57,698 nt of DNA, from assembly GCF_001194135.2 (NCBI RefSeq), contig NC_068984.1, positions 85,331,155 to 85,388,852 on the forward strand, read 5' to 3'. Position numbers and translations under genes: made by a program. Below are positions 11,269-22,894 of this stretch, piece after piece; the stretch's first letter is position 1; every line of letters begins with the position of its first letter. This DNA comes from Octopus bimaculoides. Taxonomy: Eukaryota. A model generated the notes under the pieces. It ran no database searches. It saw nothing but the letters and a program-made list of their open reading frames with translations, and was not told the DNA's origin.

Positions 11269-11270
<2 letters not shown>
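11055..11270 (-). mobile_element. 3' half of the abundant tRNA-derived (CORE-like) SINE family
   Basis: Reverse complement of the body and tail seen in the copies at 24302 and 36238 (GACAACCGATG...GAATAAGTACTAGG...GAAACAAGTAAAAGAG). Confidence 0.85.
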
Positions 11271-11312
<42 letters not shown>

Positions 11313-11830
11313 GTACTCTTCTATAATGTGTATCCTTATGTGCGCACGCGTTTGCGTCCGTGTTTGCGTATGTGTGTGTGTTTATGAGTATGTATGCATG
11401 TGTGTGTGTGTGTGTATGCTTGTGTGTGTATCATTGCTCTTAGTAGCAGTATGACCTTCCTCTGAGCCCCATCCTCTTCCCCCGTTGTCGCTGCTACTGT
11501 CCTAGGACCCGAAAACTTGGTACAGTTCCTGTATCTCTCTGTGTTTGTGTGTTCGCTCACGGTGTTGCCATCGTAGTAGTTGTTGTTGTTGTTATTGCCA
11601 TCGTTGTCACCGCTGCTGCTGCTGTCGTTGTTAGTCCTGTTGTTGATATTGTTGCGGCCGTCTGTGAAGTTATTGTGTGACTTTGTGTGTGTATATGGGT
11701 TCGCTTCTTATGTTGTTTGTATCCATGCTCCTTACATAGATTTATTTATCTATTTATTTAATTATTTATTATTTATCTTTGTTACATATATTTATCACAG
11801 GTATGTGACTAGTATATATATATATATTTT

Positions 11831-12171
11831 CGATGACCAGATAACTGTAGAGATGGCAGCGTGAGCTTCCGCCCGACATCCGAAACTCGGAGTTTTATCA
11901 TGGCTATCGAATAATTGTCACATATCATTTACAGATAAATTCCTCTATTTACATAATATCGAGGTCTCTTTCTTTCTTTCTTTTATTGTCTTACCTCTTC
12001 TATCAATAAGTTACCTCCCGTACACCGCTATTTTTCCGTAAGGGCTAATACAGCTTATTTAGGAAAATCGCCAGAAATCGGTTGCGGACTCTGCCCCGTA
12101 GAAGGCATTTTTCGATGGCCAGATAACTGAAGAGATAGCGGCGTGGGTTTCCGCTCCGACATCCGAGAATA
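11831..12171 (+). repeat. 282-bp tandem repeat (1.2 units visible, running into a 700-N gap)
   Basis: CGATGACCAGATAACTGTAGAGATGGCAGCGTG...GACATCCGA at 11831 recurs as CGATGGCCAGATAACTGAAGAGATAGCGGCGTG...GACATCCGA at 12113. Confidence 0.85.
11837..11903 (+). ncRNA. Putative type I hammerhead ribozyme motif
   Basis: Stem I CCAGAUAA / UUAUC(A)UGG; core CUGUAGA (CUGAAGA in the second unit); stem II GAUG/CAUC plus one extra C; GAAA; near-palindromic stem III ACUC-G-GAGU; NUH = GUU at 11892-11894. Folded by eye. Confidence 0.5.
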
Positions 12172-12989
12172 TNNNNNNNNNNNNNNNNNNNNNNNNNNNN
12201 NNNNNNNNNNNNNNNNNNNNNNNNNNNNNNNNNNNNNNNNNNNNNNNNNNNNNNNNNNNNNNNNNNNNNNNNNNNNNNNNNNNNNNNNNNNNNNNNNNNN
12301 NNNNNNNNNNNNNNNNNNNNNNNNNNNNNNNNNNNNNNNNNNNNNNNNNNNNNNNNNNNNNNNNNNNNNNNNNNNNNNNNNNNNNNNNNNNNNNNNNNNN
12401 NNNNNNNNNNNNNNNNNNNNNNNNNNNNNNNNNNNNNNNNNNNNNNNNNNNNNNNNNNNNNNNNNNNNNNNNNNNNNNNNNNNNNNNNNNNNNNNNNNNN
12501 NNNNNNNNNNNNNNNNNNNNNNNNNNNNNNNNNNNNNNNNNNNNNNNNNNNNNNNNNNNNNNNNNNNNNNNNNNNNNNNNNNNNNNNNNNNNNNNNNNNN
12601 NNNNNNNNNNNNNNNNNNNNNNNNNNNNNNNNNNNNNNNNNNNNNNNNNNNNNNNNNNNNNNNNNNNNNNNNNNNNNNNNNNNNNNNNNNNNNNNNNNNN
12701 NNNNNNNNNNNNNNNNNNNNNNNNNNNNNNNNNNNNNNNNNNNNNNNNNNNNNNNNNNNNNNNNNNNNNNNNNNNNNNNNNNNNNNNNNNNNNNNNNNNN
12801 NNNNNNNNNNNNNNNNNNNNNNNNNNNNNNNNNNNNNNNNNNNNNNNNNNNNNNNNNNNNNNNNNNNNNNNNTATAAGATAAAAAGATAAGACGGAATGT
12901 ACCACAAAAAATTTATATTACCACAACAATTGTTTCATCTTCAACACAATTTATCCCACTCTAAACAAACACAAGACACTAGCATAAAT

Positions 12990-13875
12990 AAACCAAACAC
13001 CAAATATAGAAACCACACTGTTCTTTGGTACAACTCGAGCCATGCCTCTAATGTAACTTCCAAGATCACCAGACAATTTTTGAGAGCCCTTGATAGATGC
13101 TTCCCGAACTCTCATAAATATCATTCAATATTTAGCAGACATAATGTAAAGGTGTTATATCCAACCTCTTCTATCTTGTCGTAACATATGCACAGAATAA
13201 ATAAATGTTAAACTTCAAAAGGCCTTGAAAAACACCATCACTGAATGCTCAAATAATTAATTTACATTCAATCCTCGCATGACTGACAGCCAACAACAGT
13301 TAATCACGGAAAATGATAGCCCTGAAACATCCAGAACTAATTATATACCTATAACAATGAACCTACAGAACCTGCACACCAACAGCATGATGAATCCACA
13401 GCCAATTATATCTGGAATGACAGGACAACCACTACACAACCCCCGGTCACTAACACCGGCGGCCACAAATAGGTGCACCTGTAGGGATAAATTTAATTGG
13501 CCATTGGATAATCTTTGCATGACTCGTAACATCGTCTATAAATGCACTGTGCACACGAAGGGAAGCCCCTTTGTGCATGATGGTGCCATGGCTGATTCTT
13601 TCAAGAATCGATATAAAAATCATGTTTCTAGTTTTAAAAAAACTGAACAAGAGACACGTGATATCACTGGCAGATTTTCTCTGGCAACTGTAAACTGACA
13701 AGGTTAGATATGAGATTTCATGGTCAATTATAAGATATGCAATACTCTACAACACACAATCTAGGACCTGAGGATTGTGCTTTGAAGAATCCCTATCGAT
13801 CTTGCTTACTAGGGAAAAGGTCATTAATAAATTAACTGAACGGATTACACGTTGTTTACATGCCATGAAAGCCAC
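12990..13875 (+). mobile_element. Penelope-like element remnant (post-RT linker, CxCx5C motif, GIY-YIG endonuclease)
   Basis: RNHTVLWYNSSHASNVTSKITRQFLRALDRCFPNSHKYHSIFSRHNVKV; CTCRDKFNWPLDNLCMTRNIVYKC...FKNRYKNHVSSFK; SLADFLWQL...ISWSII...GLCFEE...INK...CLH. Confidence 0.85.
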
Positions 13876-13910
13876 CTTCAAATATTACCACCCTATAAAC
13901 ACAGCACCGA

Positions 13911-14296
13911 ACTGCCATAATCCACTTTGAACAGTGAACATCATGCTATCATTCCATACATTGCTTTGTGCCCATCGACAAGGGTGTGTACTTTTGTTCA
14001 TGCGATGTTTATTGTTCTGTGTCTGCATGTGTGTCTGAGTAGTCTTGCGAGCGTGTGCAATCTGTGTGTGCATGTATGTGCAGGGTAGACGTGTTTCTGT
14101 ATACTGCTATAATCCACACTGAACAGTGAACACTATGCTATCATTTCATACATTGCTATGTGCCCATCGACAGGTATGTGGGCTTTTGCCCATGTGCTCT
14201 TTATTGTTCCTTGCCTGCATGTGCGTCTGAGTAGTCTTGTGAATTTGTGCAACCTGTGTGTGCATGTATGTGCAGAGTCGACGTGTTTCTATATAC
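13911..14296. repeat. Two tandem copies of a 192-bp unit directly after the PLE
   Basis: ACTGCCATAATCCACTTTGAACAGTGAAC at 13911 and ACTGCTATAATCCACACTGAACAGTGAAC at 14103; the similarity continues across the unit. Confidence 0.9.
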
Positions 14297-14849
14297 ATGT
14301 GTGTGTATATATGTGCTGAGTGGAAGTCTCTGGTGTGTACTGATGTGTATATGTGTATATCTGAGTATGAACGTGTGTGTATAATCGTGTGAGTGTCAGT
14401 GTACTTGCGTGCAGACATGTGAGACTGTGGGTGTTAATATACACGTATGTTTTGTGGTGTGGGTGTGTGTTGGGGTGTGGGTGGTGGAGGGTTGTGAGCA
14501 TTGCATGAGGGTGTGAGTATGCCTGTGTGAGTGTGTGTGCAGGTGTACCTGTGTGCGTGCGTGTGCTCCATAGTGGCAGTGTTGATGTGTTCTCTGTAAG
14601 TGTCTGGGTGGGTGAATCTTTGTGCCCCGAGGGATGTATCCGTGTGTGTAGGTGTGTATCTGTGTGTGCATAGCTGTGTACGTATGTGATTGACTAACAT
14701 ACATACATGTGGTGTTTGACGGATTATGTTGTATTTCTTATATATGTTCATTGAGGGGGTGTGATATGTTGAGTCGTTAACCCAGTCTTTTTATTCTATA
14801 ACTAATATTTTTTTTTTATATATATATATATATATATAGCGTATGAGTT

Positions 14850-15140
14850 CAACGATTTTCTTATAAACTGACAAAGTGAGCTGAGTTCAACCCGGGGCGC
14901 AGTAAGAACCGCCGATAACAATTAAGATGCTCTGCATCAAAATCCGAAATCACCGGTGATCTGGCTGTCCGTTGGGGAAGTTATCTCCACTTGTCAGTCA
15001 TTAAGATAGTGCTTCTGTGGCGATTGAGTTGTTTTGACTCTTATTTCTAGCAATGCTAGTACCACTTAATACCCTCTATCATGTTAGTGACGTCTATAAA
15101 TTTGCCTTTAGGTTGTTTAATTGCTAATAAGCCACCCGTA
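14850..15140. mobile_element. Non-autonomous DNA-transposon-like repeat; related copy at 30690-31055
   Basis: Shares CATCAAAATCCGAAATC and TTGTCAGTCATTAAGATAGTGCTTC...CTCTTATTTCTAGCAAT with 30900-31000. Ends in AATTGCTAATAAGCCACCC-GTA. Confidence 0.65.
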
Positions 15141-15811
15141 TTATATATATAATGTGTGTGTGTGTTGTACATATATATATGTAAACTAAAAAGAAAAAGA
15201 CGGCCATACGTCTCGTTAACAAGTCTTCTTCTAAAGCGCCTAATTCCTATTCTTTGTTCTTGGCAAATCATTAAAAATTAATACCCTCTCCCAAAGTTTT
15301 ATCCTGTCCACCATTTTCATTATAATAAACTCATTATCAAGAATTTACATAGATCTTATCTATAACAGAAGAATTATAATAATGGTCTCTCTAAAGATTT
15401 TTTCCTTTTCTACTGCAGCGTATAATTTAAATGAGATTTTTATGGTCAACGAATCCTATTGACTTATTGTGTCTCAGGCGTCTGAGATATGCAAACCGAA
15501 TCGCCCTGGCAGCTGAACTGACATCGACTACTCCAAGTTGTTTGTCAACTGCTATCGGCGATTCAAAATTTTATGAAGATTCTTTCGGCTATTTTCTCTC
15601 TATTTCTACTATTTGAGCTTTTGTAAGATTCACAGAGTCGTAGCAAATGAGGGATATCTGTAACTTGTCGTTGTAGTCATCGTCGTCATCATCGTCGTTG
15701 TTGTTAACCCTGTCAGCTTTGATCGAGTCTACCTATGATTAAATGTTATCCAGTGATGACCATCCAGTTTTTTCAAATGTACTTTATTTCAAAATATATC
15801 ATCCTGTAGTC

Positions 15812-16188
15812 GCTCTTGTTACCTCCGCCTTAGCGAATGCGGCGGTATTGTTTTCAGTCGTGTTTGTTTGTTCGTGGACCAGATATCTCAAGAACCGCTG
15901 GATGGGTTCGGATAAAAGATGTTTGGCCTCGTAAGTGGCACGAAATGATTAGATTTGGGGATTGATCCGGTATCGGACAAGGATTCTGGATTATTCTTCC
16001 GTTTTTTTTTCTATTTTTAAAAAAAACTTAAATTTTAAGAGCGGTCGGGTTCACTTTTAGTATTCTTGTTTGTGAGAGCAGTCGAATTTATTGCAGATAT
16101 TCTCATTTTAAAAATCATCTCCGGCTAATCGTTGAGAGGACGTCGGTGTTGCTTTGGCGGAGGTTTGCGCTCTCTGAATGCTCTTGTT
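15812..16188 (+). mobile_element. Helentron-associated (HINE/DINE-like) non-autonomous element
   Basis: Subterminal inverted repeats ACCTCCGCC (15821-15829) and GGCGGAGGT (16156-16164), a 3' hairpin GCGCTCTCTGAATGC and T-rich ends. Confidence 0.65.
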
Positions 16189-16249
16189 TGCATACATAGA
16201 TTTATTTGTTTGTTTACGCTGCTCCTTTAGCCTTTCCCGCTCCTCCCAG

Positions 16250-16357
16250 GCGCCTGAATTCGATGAGGGTGATATTTATCTTGAACAACTGCAATTTGGC
16301 AACAACAGTACAACTATGGACAAGGCTAAAGAGGAGAAGGGACTATCAGACGGCTGA
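16250..16357 (+). CDS. Candidate terminal coding exon of an unidentified gene
   Basis: Strong acceptor CCTTTCCCGCTCCTCCCAG. Phase-0 frame APEFDEGDIYLEQLQFGNNSTTMDKAKEEKGLSDG*; alternative phase-2 frame RLNSMRVIFILNN...GNY* to 16382. AATAAA at 16582. Confidence 0.3.
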   Translation, partial: APEFDEGDIYLEQLQFGNNSTTMDKAKEEKGLSDG

Positions 16358-16507
16358 CGTCCTGGGAAAAGGAAATTATTAGGTATAGTAGTAGGTGCAA
16401 GGCCTGAGAGGAGTAGCTATAATATGGGGCAGAAGAGGAAGAGATACATGTGAATCTGACAGGTCTGGTGGAGGAACAATAAGTCGAACTTGTTTCATCC
16501 TTTATTG

Positions 16508-16567
16508 TAACCTCATCAGTGAAGCATAGCCACTCAATTCTAACCTCATCAGTGAAGCATAGCCACT
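16508..16567. repeat. Exact 27-bp direct duplication (period 33); a second imperfect duplication of about 58 bp at 16690-16802
   Basis: TAACCTCATCAGTGAAGCATAGCCACT occurs at 16508 and 16541. Confidence 0.9.
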
Positions 16568-17234
16568 GAAGTAGTGCTGAAAATAAATTACAAAGCAACT
16601 GTATCATAGTGTGAATTTATTGACGGGAAAAACTAGAATTGCTTTAAGATTAAAAACTTTATTACTCATTCACCAATAATGTTTGGTTTTGCTTCTTTTT
16701 CCCGCCGGCATATATATTTCTATTTAGGCTTTTCATCTTCAACGTTGTTTCTTTTTCCCGCCGACAAGTATGTTTCTATTTAGGTCTTTAATCTTCCACG
16801 TTAACACAAACTTGACTCAATCTGTCTCAGAACATTTATCTCAATTTAAGGTTTTGATGCTCTTTTTATGAAATGTGTTAAAAGTTATTTGACTATGTAT
16901 CTGTCTGGTTAGCTTTCCATCTAACAGCATATTTATTACTAGTTAGTTTTCAATGCTCCCTATATGTGTGTTAACTAATTTAACTACCAGTCTATTCTCC
17001 GTCTCACCATTTATTTATTACTGGCGAGATTCTAAAGATGTTCACATTAACTGAACGATCTATCTGTTACCACACATATTTATCACTAGTTAGCTTCTTA
17101 ATGAATGGCCCTTTCAACAAATACGTTAACACTAAATTAGCTATTTATTTATCCTAACAGTCTGTTTATCTTTCTATCTTTCCATATAATCACCACAAGT
17201 TAACTTTTATTACTGCTACATTAAATACTGGCAT

Positions 17235-17330
<96 letters not shown>

Positions 17331-17482
17331 GTGCCTGACAATCTGTCTATCCATCTATTTGTTTATCTGCCTGTGTCTCTCTCCACATAGTTTATTTCTA
17401 ATTAGATTTTTAATGTTCCATGTAATAGATATATCAATACTAACTATAGTAACTATTTATATATTCTCTGTCCGTCAGTCTG

Positions 17483-17560
<78 letters not shown>

Positions 17561-17561
17561 A

Positions 17562-17620
<59 letters not shown>

Positions 17621-17992
17621 ATCTCGCTGTATATTTATTTCTACTTGTTTTTTTATTGCCCCTTAAATATGTTAACAGTAACTCACCTACTTAAATTGTA
17701 CTCCGATATTAGCTACATATGTGACGCTATAAACACTGCTGCCTAAAAATCTGTTTTTTTTTTCTTATGGGAATCTCTCTGTGGAATATTAGTCAGTTGG
17801 ATCATATTATGCAAGTTACTTGGAAGAGTTGTGTTATGACGGGAACAAAGATTCGTTGAGACATATGGTTGTCATTATAATTCTACATATATTAAACATA
17901 GATTGCAACCGAAATATATTAACGCAGACACATACATATACATACACACAAATACGAATGTACAAAAATACGAGCATGCACACATAAATATA

Positions 17993-18874
17993 CGAGGTCT
18001 GATCAATAAGTATCCGGATTGTTGCCATAGTAACGAAGCTAAAGTAGGCAGAGTCAAGCTGCTAAGCAAAGATTGACCTTTAACTCTGTTGTCCATGCGC
18101 ACTAAGTTTTATCCTTCTAGCTCACTTCCACTATTTACAGCAGTGCTTGGAAGGAAGGTGTGTAGCGTGTGATCGTCGCATTGACCATGACAGAGAAAGT
18201 TGTCATGTCAATACCTGCTCAGAGGCTCACACAAAGTTACAGAGAGTGTATGGAGAGAAGTGTGTGGGTTGCACACAAGTACTAGTGGTTCAGACATTTC
18301 TGAGATGGCCCCCAAAATGTCGATATTGACGAACGTTCTGGGACACCCGCAACCAGTAGAACATCGCAGGTGTGCATGGAACTGTGAGGGGAAACCGTCG
18401 ATAAACCATCAGTGAGTTATCAGAGGATGTGCAGTTTAGTTATGGTTTGGTTCAGTCTATTATCACTGAAGTGTTGAAAATGAGACGCGTGTCTGCCAAG
18501 TTTGTGCCAAAATTGCTTTCAGCTGACCAAAAAGACACTCGAAATTCAGTTGAACATGATCTCCTTGACTGTGTCGAGAACGATGAAAACTTCTTGAAAA
18601 CTTTTCGTAGGCCTCTGAACAGGTATCGCCAAGCTTTTGGCAAAATTTGCTGCAGATTCTCTGCTCAACTTACTTTGTTACGGTTAATGCAACGATCAAA
18701 CGCTAAAACCTTCCTTCCAAGCACTGATGTACACAGCGGAAGTGAGGTAGAACTTTAAAACTTAGTGCGCATACACAGCAGAGTTCAAGGTCAACCAGTG
18801 GTATGCGGCTTCACTCTGCGTGCTTTATCTTTGTTACTATGGCAATAGTTTGGATATTTATTAATCAGACCACA
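17993..18874 (+). mobile_element. Internally deleted mariner-family transposon with long (about 170 bp) imperfect TIRs, TA-flanked
   Basis: TA|CGAGGTCTGATCAATAAGTATCC...GGATATTTATTAATCAGACCACA|TA. Transposase N-terminus EAHTKLQRVYGEKC..TQV and MRRVSAKFVPKLLSADQK (WVPxxL-like motif); the catalytic domain is missing. Confidence 0.9.
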
Positions 18875-19303
18875 TATGTGTGTATTTATACGCTCATACA
18901 TGCCACATATATTTGTATACATACATACATACATACATACATACATACATACATACATGCATACATACACACATACAAGATTGCAACATGCATATCTACA
19001 TAAAAAATCGACAAATGCAGACATAGAAATGTATATCTACAAATACAAGCACATATAAACATATACCTATATACTTGCATATATGTTTGCATATATTGCA
19101 CGTATATACATAACATAAACACAAATGCATAATAACCTACGTATAAATATTTAACATATAAATACTTACACAGATATATATGCTCATATATGTATGTTTA
19201 TATATGTATATGTGTGTGGCTGGGTGTGTTTGTCTATGTCTATGCGTGTGTGTATTTCTGTATGTATGTACGTATGTATGTATAAATAAATAGAAAGATA
19301 GAT

Positions 19304-19373
<70 letters not shown>

Positions 19374-19381
19374 ATAAATAA

Positions 19382-19418
<37 letters not shown>

Positions 19419-19540
19419 ATGCATATATGCATATGCAAACATGCTTTTATACACACGTATATACATAGGCAAAAATTATGCACGCGTTTACACATATAAA
19501 CATGCACACACATGCACACACATACACATATATATGTGTG

Positions 19541-19598
<58 letters not shown>

Positions 19599-20220
19599 TA
19601 AAACATTATATACAAACACATGTATATGTACACATTCATGGGCAAACACATATGACATACATACATCATACATACATGCATAAATACATACATACATACA
19701 TACATACATACATAATGCATAAATACATGTATGCATGCATACATACACATGTACATGCATTCATACACATACTTACAGGCAGACATACACATATACACAC
19801 ATACATGCATACATACACGCATAATGCATCCATACGCACATACATACATACATACATACGTATATACATACATACATACATACATGCATACATACATACT
19901 TCAATTAGCACCCCAGATAAAGTTCCTAAAACCAACCTGCTCTAAACAACAAGCCAGCTCCTACAGCGTTGTTAATAACATTGAAGTCTAAGCAGAGATG
20001 TGGTTTCACAGATAACTTCACTTCCATTTCTTGATAAGCTGGGAAGATCTAAAAATGTACTACAAAAATCTAAAAGGCTTTATTGGTATCTAAAGCTATT
20101 AAGTAGCTCTTTGTTATAGGGCTGAAGGATGGAAGAGTACTTCCTACTGTAATAGCATCGCGGAGGCTGTATAGAAGTAATTTACAATGAGAATCACATA
20201 CATAAACACACACACACGCA

Positions 20221-20311
<91 letters not shown>

Positions 20312-20364
20312 ACACACATACGCATATACGAAAGTATATATGTGTGTGTGTGTGTATATATATA

Positions 20365-20638
20365 TATACATATAAACAATATATGAGTATATGCATATAT
20401 ATGTACATGTATGTACATACCTTCATCTACATGTACATATAGATACATATCTGGGTACATGACGTTGCAAAAAAACATGGACAAAATGATAAACAAGTTA
20501 CAAAAAACAAGCAGGTCACATAGAGAACATATCCTTCATCAGCTGCCACCATTAAAACACTTGCGTTTCGAAGAGTTAGGGCAGGACGCATCGTTAAAAT
20601 GGCTCTTCCCACGAATACAAATTAATTTTTTTTCGTGG
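20365..20638 (-). repeat. Inverted copy of the 10750-11020 repeat
   Basis: Reverse-complement match to 10750-11020, next to (TA)n/(TG)n. Confidence 0.85.
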
Positions 20639-20735
20639 AGGATAGTGGCGGACGGAAAACAAGACAGGAAAACGAAACGGTGAAAGTATGTATACACGAT
20701 TATACACACATACTTATATATATGCGTGTGAGTGC

Positions 20736-20857
<122 letters not shown>

Positions 20858-22433
20858 ATATATGCATACATATGTATATATGTATAAGATTCGTCGTCGA
20901 ATTCCTCATCATCAAGGTTTTACCTCATCTGTTTATCCCTGTTTAAAATTTAGCCTGAAGATGGTGGATTGTATGTTATTATGTAATCTAATGTAATCTA
21001 TGAATAAATCAATAAAGTTCTGCTTAAACAGCTGTCGTAAGTTTTAAACATTTGTGTTCATTTATATTCGAGTATATATTAGAATCAAGTAGATAGTGAC
21101 TGAAAGTGGCAAAAGTGTTGTGCAAGCTTCTTTCACTTAAATCCAATGACATACAGATGCCTCGCAATTCATTTTATTTCTTGACACGTTTTGCATCTTA
21201 TAAAGTCTTATAGCGATGGATACGCGGCGTGAAAAGTCACATCTACGAACATGCAAGGGTGAAAGTAATAAGGCTGATTGTGAGACGGCTATTATTTGAC
21301 AAGATGTGGCTTGTATGTATGTATGTATGTATGTATGTATGTGTGTGTATGTATGTATGTGTGTATTTATGTATGTTTGATACCTGCATCATACGCACAT
21401 GTACTCACATATATACATACATACATACATATATAAATACACACATATATATTTACAAAGATACATACACACATATATACATGATACATGCATATACATA
21501 TATGCATCCTTAACATATATGTATAATGACTTTTCAGTATGGCGACATGTTAAGGAACCGGCTTAATTGACGAAAGCGAAAATGAAATGTGATTAATAAG
21601 ACAATTTGCAAAAAATCTCTAGAGAAGATGAGTCATGTTTAAAAGTGTAACAAAAAGATAATCTTCGTTGCATTTACTGGGTGGGTTCTCAATGTATGAC
21701 ATATTGCAAAATCATTGTCAAAACAGAACAGTTATTCGGCAGACAGAAAGAAAGGGTCCACCTATATACATCAATGAATATTTCTAATAAAGAAATTAAC
21801 TTGTCATTTCGTAACTCTCTTGTGTGGCTAACACGTACCACAACCTAGATATATGGACTTTGTATATGATGTAATAGAATAGGATAGAATGTGTGGGTGG
21901 GTGTATGTCTATGTGCAATATGTTTGTACATATGTATATATGTGTGTATGCAAGTATGTACATATGTGTATACATATGTATATATGTATATATATATATA
22001 AGTGAGAATCACATACATAAACACACACACACGCACACACATACACACACACACACACACGCACACATACGTTTGTGTATGTAAGTACATAAGTATATGT
22101 GTGTATGTGCATGTATTTATACATGTATGTATGCCTGTGCATGTGCGTATGATACATCAAACAAAACACACACAAGCACACAACACATAGGCTTATACAC
22201 AATACTAAGACACACACACCAACACAATTGACATATGCAGAAGTAAGCTATTTAGATTAAGTAGGGGGAGAAAGGCCTATTATCTTCTCATTAAAGTACC
22301 ATCAATGTCTACATTGAAAGAGCCTGTAGAAGAGAAATTCGAAATGTTTGCATAACTGGCGGTGGGTTTAACCAAGTTAGTTGGTTAAATACTGTCGTTA
22401 TATCACTGCTCGAGTGACACCCTTAAATTTGAG

Positions 22434-22565
22434 GGATAATATCTGCTGCTCTTATCAGAGAAAGTGCGGACGTTAAAGTGCGTGAGACAATCAGCGGAGT
22501 TGTAATCAAAGATATTTATAGTGTCGCGGTTACTTGGAGGTTGGACTATTTGCTTGCTTGTCAGC
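22434..22565 (+). CDS. Candidate 132-nt symmetric (phase 1-1) exon
   Basis: Donor CAGC|GTAAGA and weaker acceptor CCTTAAATTTGAG. Open frame IISAALIRESADVKVRETISGVVIKDIYSVAVTWRLDYLLACQ. The codon-aligned antisense frame is also open. Confidence 0.25.
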
Positions 22566-22894
22566 GTAAGAATACAGAGTTTATTTTGTAAATGCATGTG
22601 AGCACGGGAGTTGGATAGAAGAGGAAGAATACGAAAAGAAGGTGGAAATAAAGAAAAAAGATAGGATGAGTAAGAGAGAGAGAGGGGGAGAGGAGACGAG
22701 AGAGGTACAATTCTGATTGAGAGGGTGAAAGCAATTAGAATTAACTTTCGCACTATTAACTTCAAAGGCACAGGATGAAGAACACCCAACAATAAGGTTT
22801 TTGTACATATACATATACACACACTCACACACACTCATACACACACACGCACCACTCACTTGCGTATGTGTGTATTATGTATATATGCATGTTC

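Noticed and set aside
13760-13785. TGA at a conserved Cys of the PLE CxxC motif read as selenocysteine
   Set aside because: It is a single instance in a copy with many other stops and frameshifts, and no SECIS was identified. A point mutation is sufficient.
16508-16802. CRISPR-like repeat-spacer arrangement
   Set aside because: Only two-copy local duplications in a eukaryotic context, with no spacer array or cas genes.
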